Shown: in pieces, positions 1-9,940 of the stretch
Numbering within the stretch: the stretch's first letter is position 1
Layout: the number at the start of each line of letters is the position of its first letter
IMG/VR virus record: IMGVR_UViG_3300008108_004630
Direction: 5' to 3' (one strand)
Origin: an uncultured virus (IMG/VR IMGVR_UViG_3300008108_004630)
Taxonomy: Duplodnaviria; Heunggongvirae; Uroviricota; Caudoviricetes
DNA: 60,853 nucleotides
Translations under genes and position numbers: made by a program
Notes under the pieces: model-generated
The model's input: the letters and a program-made list of their open reading frames with translations, nothing else
Database searches by the model: none
Told to the model about the DNA's origin: nothing

Positions 1-51
1 TTGCCAATAGTAGTTTCTAGTGTTTTTTCAAATTCTTCTTTTTTAATATAC

Positions 52-804
52 TTAGTCATTAATTTTAATGTCGAGAGTTTTATACAACTCTGAACCTTTC
101 CATTTGTTTAATAGCCTTTGCATATTTCTAGTCTCAGCATCTGCATTTGATTGAGTCCTAATTCTCTTTACATCTTTACTTTCAAAATGGTATAGAGGGA
201 CAGGCACCTGGTATATCTTCCAACCTTTATCTCTAGCCATCAAACAATAATCAACGTCTCTTTTATATGTCCACTCAAAGCTAGGATCAAAATCTCCGAC
301 TTGATCTAATAGCTGTCTGCGAATGTATATCCCACCAAAAGTAGTCCAAGCTACTTCCCTAACGTAATCATATTGACCTAAATCAGGTTCAACGTCTTTA
401 AATGTTTTTTGAGAAAATACATCTATACCAGAACCAAAATGATCTGGAGTGCCGTCCTCTAAAAATTTTCCACCAGCACATTGAATAAGTGGTTGGTTAT
501 TCTTATTTTTTAAAGGGTATAGTAGTTTACAACCAAACATTCCTGCTTCTGGGTATTTATTAACATACTTTAATAAGTCATTAAACCAGTTTTCAATACC
601 ATTGTAAAAATCCATATCAGAGTGTAAAATAATTACATCATTAGGGTTTGCCTTTTTCCATAATTTTTGATACATGAGATCGCAGCCTATTCTGGCAGTA
701 TCTTCTTCGAAAATAAACTCGGCATCTAAGAAAACAGATGCTTGTTTAAGGTGACTGATTTCTTCTTCAAAAAGATATGGAGTTATAATAGATACCTTAT
801 TCAC
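52..804 (-). CDS. Glycosyltransferase family 2-like (WbbL/rhamnosyltransferase-like)
   Basis: HSD (DxD-like) motif, GCKLLYP, VGDFDPSF...DVDYCLMAR GT2 C-terminal pattern; GTG start at 804 overlapping the upstream gene. Confidence 0.8.
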   Translation of the reverse strand: MNKVSIITPYLFEEEISHLKQASVFLDAEFIFEEDTARIGCDLMYQKLWKKANPNDVIILHSDMDFYNGIENWFNDLLKYVNKYPEAGMFGCKLLYPLKNKNNQPLIQCAGGKFLEDGTPDHFGSGIDVFSQKTFKDVEPDLGQYDYVREVAWTTFGGIYIRRQLLDQVGDFDPSFEWTYKRDVDYCLMARDKGWKIYQVPVPLYHFESKDVKRIRTQSNADAETRNMQRLLNKWKGSELYKTLDIKIND

Positions 805-1306
805 TTTTTTCTCCAAATGCTGCAAAACTAAAAGCCAAATCTCTACCACTTACAAATATGTTTTTATATCCAAGACTGCTTAAAACGTCATGAATTTGTT
901 CTGGGTAGAACTGATGTAAATGTTTACGAGTAGGCATTTTCCAAGGTCTCCAATATTTACAATCTGGATGTGGTAAATATAAAAATAGAGTTCCTTTCGG
1001 AGCTAGGCATGCAGTCCAAAAACGTAAGACTTCCATGTAATCAGGAATATGCTCTAGACAATGTGAACTGTAAATATAATTCCATCCGCCATATCTTAAA
1101 GGTAATGAGAGCGCATGGCTATTAGGATCTATGACTGGATCTATAGGCACTGCGCCTTTTAAGGCCCACTCTACTCTATTACAACCTATATCTAACCCGT
1201 GACCTTTACATACTTCTAAAGCTAAAGGCTCTATGAATCTGGTATGATTACCTTTTGTAATATACTCTGGAACTATTTGATCTTCGAATGTAACTGTTTG
1301 AACCAT
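797..1306 (-). CDS. Class I SAM-dependent methyltransferase
   Basis: GLDIGC motif I, YSSHCLEHI, LAPKGTLFLYLP. Confidence 0.8.
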   Translation of the reverse strand: MVQTVTFEDQIVPEYITKGNHTRFIEPLALEVCKGHGLDIGCNRVEWALKGAVPIDPVIDPNSHALSLPLRYGGWNYIYSSHCLEHIPDYMEVLRFWTACLAPKGTLFLYLPHPDCKYWRPWKMPTRKHLHQFYPEQIHDVLSSLGYKNIFVSGRDLAFSFAAFGEKSE

Positions 1307-2241
1307 TTATCAATCTTTTCTATAATATCGTCTTCTGTTATATTTATTACACAAGATTTTTTATCTTCTCGGTATCCACAAGTGCTAGTCCAAAAAGGAT
1401 ATTCAGTTTCTGGATTACCTATCTTGGTCTTACTATATTCTTTTTTATAAAAGGCAGGTTTAATACATGCATAAGTTCCGCAATGTTTATCTTCTTTTGC
1501 AGTTACGCTGTGATGATTTCCGCTATGATAAAACTCTGGAGAATCAAATGTAGGTGGAAAAACACTACATATATTTATAGTATCTATTCCTAGACCTGCT
1601 GCCATAGCTGTCATAGAACCCATAGGTCCTAAATACATATGACATTTATTCAACTCTCTAAGAGAGGTTAAATAGCTAGAATCACTAACATCTCTACCAA
1701 GCGGTATTATACGCACGTCAGGTATTAGAGACCTTAAGTAATTAAATATTTTGCCGTAGTCTAGATTTTTATTTAGTTTTCTATTCCAATCTAGAGGACC
1801 AGCAGTAGCTACAGTAAATTGACTGTATTTGTGTGCTTCTTCTCCAACGGAGAACTTAGTTTCTGTGTGAATATTATTCCAACCAATTTCTTCTGCTATC
1901 TCAGTAAGTGCGCTTTTTACGACGCCTAAATCAGAAAACCATCCGTGTTGTTGATATATAATATCTGGAGAACTGGTAAGAGAATTATTTTTAGTATTAA
2001 CATTACCTTGAAAATCAATAAAACCAACGTCATCTATATGTTCTTGAAGTTCCAATATTTCTAAAACTTCAAAGATACCGTTTTTATTATTTTCAGCTGT
2101 AGTAAGTGTCAAATTCTGTCTTACACAAAAAATTATATGAGAATCTGGATACGCCTGTTTTATAAACCTAGCGGCATGAGTGCCTATTAGACAATCTCCC
2201 GTTGCTTGGGAGTTGAATATTAATATAGTTTTTCTACCCAT
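1273..2241 (-). CDS. GT9 (heptosyltransferase-like) glycosyltransferase
   Basis: N-terminal ATGDCLI...IKQAYPDSHI and C-terminal GPMGSMTAMAAGLGIDTI resemble GT-B family 9 motifs. Confidence 0.6.
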   Translation of the reverse strand: MGRKTILIFNSQATGDCLIGTHAARFIKQAYPDSHIIFCVRQNLTLTTAENNKNGIFEVLEILELQEHIDDVGFIDFQGNVNTKNNSLTSSPDIIYQQHGWFSDLGVVKSALTEIAEEIGWNNIHTETKFSVGEEAHKYSQFTVATAGPLDWNRKLNKNLDYGKIFNYLRSLIPDVRIIPLGRDVSDSSYLTSLRELNKCHMYLGPMGSMTAMAAGLGIDTINICSVFPPTFDSPEFYHSGNHHSVTAKEDKHCGTYACIKPAFYKKEYSKTKIGNPETEYPFWTSTCGYREDKKSCVINITEDDIIEKIDKWFKQLHSKIK

Positions 2242-3224
2242 GTCCTAGGTGTTTTCTCGTTTATAATCTCTAAAGGTAGTTTGTAATCGAAAGGTTTAGC
2301 GCCCTTTCCGCGAATCCATGATACCATTTCTTGAATGGTATCGTTCATACTTGTGTTGGGCGCATAGTTTAGCTCTATTCTAGCTTTTTCACTACTACAC
2401 CATGCGTTTTTTACTTCTTGCGGTCTATCAGCAAGGTATTGAATACTTGGATAAATACCGCATAGATGTGCTACTTTATAGGCTAAGTCTTTAATAGTAA
2501 TCTCGTTGCCTTCGGGTCCTATATTAAAGATTTCTTTATTTGGAATATCTTCTTTTTCGATTATTCTAATAATCGCATTTATACAATCTACAACAGGACT
2601 GAAACTTCTTTTCTGTAATCCGTCTCCATATATAATGAGCTTATTGCTTTGCAGCAACGAATTAATAAAGATAGACACTACATTTCTATACGGATCATCA
2701 TATTTTTGATGAGTTCCTATTATATTATGAGGAACCACATGAACTACTTTAATGCCATGAATATCACTAAGTAAATTGATAGCTTGTTCGGCTTGATACT
2801 TAGCTAACCCATATGGATCAATAGGATTGCATACAGACTTTTCTGTAAACGGAGTTTCTATTAAACCATACCTAGCCATTGAACTACAGTTCAATAATAG
2901 TTTAGCTTTAGAAGCTATAGCTGCTGTAGCAACACTCATAGTTCCTGCGTAGATGTTCTCTGTAACAAGTTTAGGACTAAATACAGATAGACCCTCATAA
3001 GCAAGAGCAGCAGTGTGAATAACTATGTCTGAATCTTTCATATGCTCTACAAGAGCTTCATAGTTTAAAATATCTATCTGTTTAAAATCTGCTGGTTGCG
3101 GACAATTATCTAAATAACCACCTATAAGGGTATCACATCCAGATACCTTGTGGCCTTTCATTAAAAATCTCTTAGCTAAGTGACTGCCTAAAAATCCTGC
3201 TATTCCTGTTATATATATCTTCAT
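2220..3224 (-). CDS. NAD-dependent nucleotide-sugar epimerase/dehydratase
   Basis: ITGIAGFLGSH Rossmann motif, YGLAK catalytic YxxxK, GDGLQKRSF. Confidence 0.92.
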   Translation of the reverse strand: MKIYITGIAGFLGSHLAKRFLMKGHKVSGCDTLIGGYLDNCPQPADFKQIDILNYEALVEHMKDSDIVIHTAALAYEGLSVFSPKLVTENIYAGTMSVATAAIASKAKLLLNCSSMARYGLIETPFTEKSVCNPIDPYGLAKYQAEQAINLLSDIHGIKVVHVVPHNIIGTHQKYDDPYRNVVSIFINSLLQSNKLIIYGDGLQKRSFSPVVDCINAIIRIIEKEDIPNKEIFNIGPEGNEITIKDLAYKVAHLCGIYPSIQYLADRPQEVKNAWCSSEKARIELNYAPNTSMNDTIQEMVSWIRGKGAKPFDYKLPLEIINEKTPRTWVEKLY

Positions 3225-3931
3225 AGATTGTTCTCGTAATATTTCCAGATATTTTCTATATCCATGTAAGGACTATTATGATGTTCGGTAAGATGACTGC
3301 ATAAAGAAGGCATTGGAGAGATACATGGCACTTCAGATAAAATCTTATCGAAGACTTTATCATTGCTGGTAGGAGCTGCATCTTTTAAGTCTTTTAAATA
3401 CTTAACCCAGATAAAACCTTTGGCTGCTACAGTCATAGTAATACTATCTACTGTACGCCAATGTCTATCTGGGCCTAAAAGAACTTGAGTGGGTTTTATT
3501 TCTTTATATCTATCAATATAGTCGTAAGGAGCTATAAATCCTTGATTCCAATTTTCAGCGGACAACTTAAAAGTATTTAATCCGTTTGGAGTAAACAGAT
3601 AATCATCTTCTAAAATAAGATGAACATCTTGCTCATACTGTTTAACAGAGGATTCTAGCGTATCTACCAAGGTTACTGTATGTTGATGATATTCCCATGC
3701 ATGTTCTGGTACGTGTATGATACTTAGCTTTGCTTTGCACGTCTCTCTTAACCAAGTTAAAGTCTCATGGGTTACGTTATCTTCTATTAGATAGATTTGA
3801 TCGTCTGGAGATACGCTACTCTGAACTGATAACCAACATCTTTTTAAGATGTCTGTTTTGTTATAGTTTTTCCATCTATTAACGTAGCTAATAGATTTTT
3901 GTAATTCGCATACTCTCCAGTAAATAAACAT
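3221..3931 (-). CDS. Putative glycosyltransferase (GT-A-like)
   Basis: LILEDDY acidic motif, late HLTEHH, operonic with sugar genes. Confidence 0.5.
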   Translation of the reverse strand: MFIYWRVCELQKSISYVNRWKNYNKTDILKRCWLSVQSSVSPDDQIYLIEDNVTHETLTWLRETCKAKLSIIHVPEHAWEYHQHTVTLVDTLESSVKQYEQDVHLILEDDYLFTPNGLNTFKLSAENWNQGFIAPYDYIDRYKEIKPTQVLLGPDRHWRTVDSITMTVAAKGFIWVKYLKDLKDAAPTSNDKVFDKILSEVPCISPMPSLCSHLTEHHNSPYMDIENIWKYYENNL

Positions 3932-3949
3932 TAAAAATCTTTCTAAAAG

Positions 3950-4225
3950 GAATAGGCCCGTTGGGTAATACGGTGGAGCCCATACCGCAGAAGTTATGCC
4001 GCTAGGCGGATCTCTTCGATGCTATTATCGTTAGCATTTATTGATTTCTTGCGATTAGAGGTCGCTCGCGCACCTATCTCTACTTCAACCTTTACACACC
4101 TGTCGATCCTAATTCATCCCCATTATAAATATGTCAATGTTTACTAATCGACATATTTATGGTGGAGATGACGGGCACTGCCCCCGTGTCCAGTATGCTT
4201 ATTTCGCTGCTATCAACGAGATCTT
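3950..4225 (-). ncRNA. ssrA: Two-piece (circularly permuted) tmRNA
   Basis: Minus strand: acceptor piece ending GGACACGGGGGCAGTGCCCGTCATCTCCACCA (3' end 4160), 38-nt spacer with inverted repeat, then GGGGATGAATTAGGATCGAC 5' end (4121) and tag ORF 4035-3994 ANDNSIEEIRLAA*; outer ends approximate. Confidence 0.92.
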
Positions 4226-4531
4226 GTCTGCTAAAGCCTTATTTAGTTGTTGCAATTTAGCCTCAGCATATTTTTTATCTTTAGTAGTCAGAATTAGCTT
4301 ACCAGCCTCATTATAGATGGACCAGTAATTATAACTAAATTCTACGACTTGACCTTTAAAGTAGTTATGTTTTAGTTGAAACACTATGTAATTTTGATTG
4401 AATGTATTCTAAATTTTCTACTATCGAACCAAAATCATCAGCTACTCTAGAGAATTGTCTATTAGGAGATTCTAAATTAGTATAATGATGATATAATCTT
4501 CTTGCTTGTGCTAAAACAATATCGACGTCAG

Positions 4532-4795
4532 TCATTTAACTCCTTCAAAAATACTTTTAGAAATAGTTATTTCTTCTATTTCTACGGCTTTTTCCCAGTT
4601 AAATATTCTAAAATCATCAGCCTCTAAATCCCAAACAAGTTCTTGTCCGGGTCCATAGTTTCTGGATCTACCATCTCCTACGATCTTTGCTGCGATAAAC
4701 TCGTCATTAACTTTAGTAATGTCTAGGATCTTTGCAAAAACCATTTTTCGCTCAGATCCGTCTTTTTTTGTAAACTTTCCTTTATATGCTTTCAT
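4532..4795 (-). CDS. Phage SH3/Sm-like (WYL_2-like) protein
   Basis: FTKKDGSERKM...VWDLEADDFRIF pattern. Confidence 0.55.
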   Translation of the reverse strand: MKAYKGKFTKKDGSERKMVFAKILDITKVNDEFIAAKIVGDGRSRNYGPGQELVWDLEADDFRIFNWEKAVEIEEITISKSIFEGVK

Positions 4796-4839
4796 ATATG
4801 TATTATATGAAATATATAAGTATGAGACAACTTGTATTT

Positions 4840-5109
4840 TTAAGAGTATCTTCTAGGCTGCTGAAAGTTACCTGATTTTTTAGAGTAAAGTAAAAACTTC
4901 TCTTCTTGCCTAGCCTCTATCATTCTTTTCTTTTTCTGTTCTTTTCTGAACCTAGATAGGGCTATTTTCTTTTTAGCACGTATTTTCTGACTCTTACTAA
5001 GATAATGTTCCTTAGATTTTAAAGTCTTAAAAATACCTTCATCGTTTAATTTTTTAGTTAAAATCTTATACGCTTTGGTTACGTCGTTATGTTTAACAAA
5101 TAGTTTCAT
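4840..5109 (-). CDS. rpsU: Ribosomal protein bS21 homolog
   Basis: VKHNDVTKAYKILTKKLNDEGIFKTLKSKEHYLSKSQKIR aligns by eye with alphaproteobacterial S21 ([27 protein letters not shown]..YEKPS). Confidence 0.8.
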   Translation of the reverse strand: MKLFVKHNDVTKAYKILTKKLNDEGIFKTLKSKEHYLSKSQKIRAKKKIALSRFRKEQKKKRMIEARQEEKFLLYSKKSGNFQQPRRYS

Positions 5110-5384
5110 TAATTATCTTTACTCACTTCTACGTTATACTTTTGCAACCACTGTAATAATGTATGTCCTGGGTATGCGCCTTGTAAAATTGGTCCCATAA
5201 GATCATGCTTACTAAGTATTATCGTAGGAAATACGTTAACACCCCATAGTTGAGCTTTATCAGATGTTTCATCTAAGGTAATATACTCAAGATTTTTTGT
5301 AACAGCAGATAACTCGCTGAATCTAGCATTCAAATACTCTAAAAGAGTATCGTTGTGATAGAATCCGTACAACTTATTATACAT
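5109..5384 (-). CDS. Thioredoxin-fold protein lacking CxxC
   Basis: AQLWGVNVFPTIIL cis-Pro motif, no cysteines. Confidence 0.5.
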   Translation of the reverse strand: MYNKLYGFYHNDTLLEYLNARFSELSAVTKNLEYITLDETSDKAQLWGVNVFPTIILSKHDLMGPILQGAYPGHTLLQWLQKYNVEVSKDN

Positions 5385-5550
5385 TATTCAATTTCCTAAT
5401 TGCCTCTGCCTGGGCTTCTATTATAGAATGGAGTTCATTAATACGATGATTTAAGTATTGAATCTCTCCGCCTAATTCTTTAGATACGGCTATGATTTCT
5501 GACCTAAGATCCCTAACCTGGGCTTTTAGTTCCTGAGGGGTTGCATACAT
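5377..5550 (-). CDS. Small coiled-coil hypothetical protein (57 aa)
   Basis: Manually translated MYATPQELKAQVRDLRSE...; overlaps next start. Confidence 0.55.
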   Translation of the reverse strand: MYATPQELKAQVRDLRSEIIAVSKELGGEIQYLNHRINELHSIIEAQAEAIRKLNNV

Positions 5551-5657
5551 TAAATTACTATAACATAATAGTTTAAAATGTCAAATAATTTCTTTATTTG
5601 ACCATTATCTCTTATTTTTTTATTGCTAAAGACTAAAAAACACTCTATAATAATAGA

Positions 5658-5858
5658 ATGAGCTATTATACAGAAGGTAAACAATTTTTTAAAACTATGG
5701 CCGATGTTCACGGTCAAACTCAAGTATTAGATGAGTATGAACTTATTAAACAACAGTCTGGAGAGTTTGTTGGAGCCCTGTTTATTAAAAGGGTATATAT
5801 GGACTATCTAAAGAAAAAAGAACAAAAACTCTTAAAGAAAATGAAGGAAACTAAATAA
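5658..5858 (+). CDS. Hypothetical protein
   Basis: ORF after a TTGCTA/TATAAT promoter-like sequence, coupled to next gene. Confidence 0.6.
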   Translation: MSYYTEGKQFFKTMADVHGQTQVLDEYELIKQQSGEFVGALFIKRVYMDYLKKKEQKLLKKMKETK

Positions 5859-6178
5859 TGAGAATTATCGGACTTGATATGCCATTTGCTCGTCTAGTTA
5901 ATGATGCAGCTAATATGTGCCGTTGGAATCCTAATGAGGCTATGAAATGGTTTGATAGCGCTCGTTCAAGGGCTGTTAATCCTATTGATGTAGCAAATTA
6001 TAATAGAGCAGTTAAACGCGCTTGCGATACACTTAATTCTATTGAAAGTAGCTATTATTACAACAAAGAGTATCAAGAAGATTTCTGGGGTGTAGATGTA
6101 GTACCAACTAGACCGCAGCCTCTTAATTTTGAATTGTCTCTTAGTGAATATCTTGCGCTCCAGAATCCAGTAAATTGA
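5858..6178 (+). CDS. Hypothetical protein
   Basis: TAATG-coupled ORF. Confidence 0.6.
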   Translation: MRIIGLDMPFARLVNDAANMCRWNPNEAMKWFDSARSRAVNPIDVANYNRAVKRACDTLNSIESSYYYNKEYQEDFWGVDVVPTRPQPLNFELSLSEYLALQNPVN

Positions 6179-6226
6179 ACTGGTAAAATGGTTAATTTTC
6201 AGCTATAAATTACTCAGTAGAAAAAA

Positions 6227-6520
6227 ATGACTGAGCCTTATAACTTCGATAAGATTGCTTCTGATGTAAAACACGTAGATAGTAGATATACTTGGATTAG
6301 AGATGACAATGGATTTGTTCATTTCTATAAAAGAAAAGATTACTATACTCAAACTCATTTTATGACTATAGCTTTTCATCAGGATTCTGGTATTAACTAC
6401 ATAGAGTTTTTAAAGACAGTTAATGCAATCTGTCAAACTCTAAGCGAATTAGATTATGCTAAACATAAAGTAGATCTTTTAAATAAAAAGAAAGGTAAAA
6501 AAAGTGCCAGAAGGTCCTGA
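6227..6520 (+). CDS. Hypothetical protein
   Basis: ORF overlapping fpg start. Confidence 0.55.
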   Translation: MTEPYNFDKIASDVKHVDSRYTWIRDDNGFVHFYKRKDYYTQTHFMTIAFHQDSGINYIEFLKTVNAICQTLSELDYAKHKVDLLNKKKGKKSARRS

Positions 6521-7337
6521 GGTACTTCATGTAACTACACAACTTAATTCTGTAGTTCAAGGAAAAACTTTAGAAATAATTAGCCCTGTATCAGGTAGAT
6601 ATACTAAATCTCCTATTGTAGGTTTAGATAAGTTTAAATCTGAGCAGGTCAAATCAGTTCAATGTCATGGTAAATTTATCTGGTGGACACTAGAATCTAG
6701 CTGGATATTTTCTACTTTAGGCATGACTGGTAGCTATAAAACGGAGCCGAATAAATATGCTCGAGTTAGATTCAATTTCAGTGATGGTACTAGCGTATTC
6801 TATTGCGATATGCGTAATTTTGGTACTCTCAAAATAATCTTTTCAGAAAAAGAACTGAATAAGAAGTTACAAGAACTAGGACCAGATATGTTAAATAATC
6901 CTCCTAGTTTATCTATATGGCTAGAAATATGTAAAAGAAATCAAGCTAAGACATTAGTTAGCTTCCTAATGGAACAAAAAGCCATTGCCGGAGTAGGTAA
7001 TATCTATAAAAGCGAAAGTTTATTTTTAGCAAAACTTAATCCATCGAAAAAAGTAAAGGACTGTAACGAAGATGAACTTTCAAGATTGTATCACAGTGTC
7101 AAACAAGTGCTCAGAAATAGTTATGAGATGGGCGGCGCTACCATACGAAACTATAGCGATCTATACGCTAATCATGGCACATACATCCAATTTCCTAGTA
7201 AGCCAGATGAGATGATGAAAGCTAGACTAGGAGTTATGGTCTATAGCCAAAAACAAGACCCATACGGAAATCCAGTAGAAAAAATCAACCTGGATGATGG
7301 AAGAACAACCTGGTGGTCTCCAGCCATTCAACAATAA
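6504..7337 (+). CDS. Fpg/Nei family DNA glycosylase/AP lyase (zincless finger)
   Basis: N-terminal PEGPEV, HGKF, LGMTG, DMRNFG, H2TH motif MEQKAIAGVGNIYKSESLF; no Cys zinc finger. Confidence 0.93.
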   Translation: MPEGPEVLHVTTQLNSVVQGKTLEIISPVSGRYTKSPIVGLDKFKSEQVKSVQCHGKFIWWTLESSWIFSTLGMTGSYKTEPNKYARVRFNFSDGTSVFYCDMRNFGTLKIIFSEKELNKKLQELGPDMLNNPPSLSIWLEICKRNQAKTLVSFLMEQKAIAGVGNIYKSESLFLAKLNPSKKVKDCNEDELSRLYHSVKQVLRNSYEMGGATIRNYSDLYANHGTYIQFPSKPDEMMKARLGVMVYSQKQDPYGNPVEKINLDDGRTTWWSPAIQQ

Positions 7338-7663
7338 TAGATAAGCTACTACCTCTTGTCAAAGAGCTTCTGATATCAGAACCTGTCGATGTAATTGAAA
7401 ACGATGGGCAAGCTATCTATGAGTGTTTTACTTGGGAATTAGTTTCTCCAAGAGAAGATGGGCTAAGTAAAATTGGTAGTGCAAATATTACTACAGCTCA
7501 ACATATGGTCATAAAGGCCTTACACGACGTTAGAGATGTTGAGCCTTTACAAAATGCTAAGATAGTATTTAATACTATCCTAACCAAGCTAGAAGCGGAG
7601 CGAGTAATCAGACGTCCGCCTAAAGAAACAAGAAAAGGATTTAAAATTATAAAAAATGACTGA
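7313..7663 (+). CDS. Hypothetical protein
   Basis: ORF in operon; start uncertain. Confidence 0.5.
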   Translation: MVSSHSTIIDKLLPLVKELLISEPVDVIENDGQAIYECFTWELVSPREDGLSKIGSANITTAQHMVIKALHDVRDVEPLQNAKIVFNTILTKLEAERVIRRPPKETRKGFKIIKND

Positions 7664-7928
7664 GAATACAGAAAAGAAAAAGAAACCAGAACCTAAGGCT
7701 CTTGATCCACAAGACTTTAAGGTTAAGATTAACCAGATAGTAGATCAGCTAGTGCTCATTGAATCATCTAGAGATGTAATCAAAGATATACAGTCGTATC
7801 TCAAGACAGAGTATGGACTTGCATCAGGTCTTACTCGTGCAACTGCTGTTGCGGTATTTAAGCGTAACAAAGATGAGCTAGAAGAGAAAAACGAAGCTAT
7901 CTTGTCTCTTGTAGAACTTTGCGAATAA
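7656..7928 (+). CDS. dsDNA-binding protein (T4 DsbA / GapR-like)
   Basis: Helical 90 aa, IESSRDVIKDI...KTEYGL pattern. Confidence 0.5.
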   Translation: MTENTEKKKKPEPKALDPQDFKVKINQIVDQLVLIESSRDVIKDIQSYLKTEYGLASGLTRATAVAVFKRNKDELEEKNEAILSLVELCE

Positions 7929-8023
7929 TTTTTATTTGCTAGTTACCCATAAGATAGCTTAACATATATCTATACGTTGCCATTTGGGACGTATAAAATC
8001 TTGCTTTTAAGGAGATAAAAAAC

Positions 8024-8416
8024 ATGACTACACTTGATATTATTCGTCAAATTGAAGACGCACTTTTTGGTCAGCTTGACTACCTAGCTTCGGCCAAAAC
8101 CTTCTTACCTTATAATCTATATAAGGAAGATAAGACTGGTAACTACATCTTAGAGATGGCAGTTGCTGGATATAACAAAGATGACCTATCAGTTGAATAC
8201 GTAGACGGTAGGCTAACTGTAGAAGCTCAGCCTTCTTCAGCTTATCCAGAAAATTCCCTACGCTGGGTCCATCAGGGGCTAACTAAAAAGGCCTTTAAGA
8301 CAGTATTCCCAATTTCACCAGTATTTCTAGTTGATGAAGTTACGCTTAAGGATGGTATGCTAAAGATTACCTTCTCTCGTAATCCAGAGAAAGTAACCAA
8401 GCTTCCAATTAAGTAA
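8024..8416 (+). CDS. Small heat shock protein Hsp20 (IbpA-like)
   Basis: PYNLYK, LEMAVAGY, HQGL, LKDGMLKI; AGGAG RBS. Confidence 0.92.
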   Translation: MTTLDIIRQIEDALFGQLDYLASAKTFLPYNLYKEDKTGNYILEMAVAGYNKDDLSVEYVDGRLTVEAQPSSAYPENSLRWVHQGLTKKAFKTVFPISPVFLVDEVTLKDGMLKITFSRNPEKVTKLPIK

Positions 8417-8461
8417 AATGTGGCCATACACAGAAGAAGAGCTGGACTGGCTCGGTTAACG

Positions 8462-8495
8462 ACAGAGGGAGAGTAATCTCCCTCTGTTTTTATTT
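8462..8495 (+). terminator. Intrinsic terminator
   Basis: ACAGAGGGAGA-GTAA-TCTCCCTCTGT followed by T-tract. Confidence 0.8.
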
Positions 8496-8529
8496 GACCC
8501 ATACTCTAAAATAGTATAAGATAGAAAAA

Positions 8530-9093
8530 ATGACAGAATTCAAAACATTAGTTCTTAATGCGGACTACACTCCTATAAGTGTACTACCACTTCACGTAAT
8601 TAGTGCTAAACAGGCGGTTATAAGACTTTTTGCCGATACCTGTTCGGTAGTATCTGATTATGGCACTCCTATTAAGACTCCAAATCCAAACATCAAGTTA
8701 AATTGGCCTTCTATAATTATTCGCAAAGAATATGTTAAAAGGACGCAAAAACCTGTGCTAACTAAAAGCTCTTTGCTTTATAGAGACCGGGGTCATTGTG
8801 CTTACTGCAATACTAAACTTTCAATGGAAACTGTTACTAGAGACCACGTTATGCCTCTGTCAAAAGGCGGCAAAGACGATTGGCTAAATGTAGTTGCAGC
8901 GTGTCCAACTTGTAACTATCTTAAATCAGATCATCTGCCTGTAGGTAAGTGGAAACCAAATACAAAACCTTGGCATCCTACTCACGAACAGTTGATAGAG
9001 CTGAGAAAATTATTTCCTGTTACTGTATATCACCCTTCCTGGGTTGATTATCTACCTGCATGGAAAGCCGAGATTAAAGTAGCATGGAACTAG
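8530..9093 (+). CDS. HNH endonuclease (McrA-like)
   Basis: LVLNADYTP, RDRGHCAYC, TRDHVMPLSKGG...NVVAACPTCN. Confidence 0.9.
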   Translation: MTEFKTLVLNADYTPISVLPLHVISAKQAVIRLFADTCSVVSDYGTPIKTPNPNIKLNWPSIIIRKEYVKRTQKPVLTKSSLLYRDRGHCAYCNTKLSMETVTRDHVMPLSKGGKDDWLNVVAACPTCNYLKSDHLPVGKWKPNTKPWHPTHEQLIELRKLFPVTVYHPSWVDYLPAWKAEIKVAWN

Positions 9094-9180
9094 TTTTAGG
9101 ATTAGTTTCCTCTATTGCTTTTTTAGTATTCTTAATTGGGCTTTTTGCTGCAGTATCTCACGCTGTTTGGAGTATCTTTG

Positions 9181-9621
9181 ATGACTAATAGAGCTATAAT
9201 ATTTTGTGACGGAGCCTGTAAAGGTAATCCCGGTCCTGGAGGGTTTGCGGCTAAAATTTACTACTTGGATAAAGATCCTAAGATAGTAATAGGTCGCGAC
9301 CCCCAGACTACCAATAACAGAATGGAACTACGAGCAGCTATAGAAGGTATTAAGAACGTAACCATAGAGACAGATACTATAGAGGTTAATACTGATAGTC
9401 AATACCTTAAAAAAGGTATAACAGAGTGGATTCATTCCTGGAAAAGAAATGGTTGGAAAACTGCAAACGGTAAACCTGTAAAAAATCAAGATCTCTGGAA
9501 GGAATTAGATTTTCTATCTTCTCATATATCTATAGAATGGAAATGGGTTCCTGCCCATTCTGGCATAGCAGAAAATGAAGAAGTAGATACCTTAGCAAGC
9601 GAGTGTTGTTATAATGGATAA
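9181..9621 (+). CDS. rnhA: Ribonuclease HI
   Basis: CDGACKGNPGPGG, TTNNRMEL, TDSQY, VKNQDLW, WVPAHSG..ENE.VD. Confidence 0.96.
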   Translation: MTNRAIIFCDGACKGNPGPGGFAAKIYYLDKDPKIVIGRDPQTTNNRMELRAAIEGIKNVTIETDTIEVNTDSQYLKKGITEWIHSWKRNGWKTANGKPVKNQDLWKELDFLSSHISIEWKWVPAHSGIAENEEVDTLASECCYNG

Positions 9622-9883
9622 TATTATTAATTTTCAAGACCTAAAAAGTAAAAAAGACGGAACCACATCTCCTAAAGAAATGATGCTAAAAATTGTAGGC
9701 GAGATACATAACCTTATAGACCAAGGTAAATTATCTGGTATAGTTGCCGTGGGTATGGGATCTGATAATAAAATATTTTCCATAATAGCAGGAGAATTTG
9801 ATATTATCTTGGCTATAGGTGGCATTGAATCAGTGAAACATATGATGCTATCCGGTAGTGAGATGGTAGATGAAGATGATTAG
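9614..9883 (+). CDS. Hypothetical protein
   Basis: Coupled ORF. Confidence 0.6.
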   Translation: MDNIINFQDLKSKKDGTTSPKEMMLKIVGEIHNLIDQGKLSGIVAVGMGSDNKIFSIIAGEFDIILAIGGIESVKHMMLSGSEMVDEDD

Positions 9884-9940
9884 TATGATAATATTAGCCA
9901 TGGGATTTATAGTCCTATGGTTAATGTCTTTGAGGTAATA

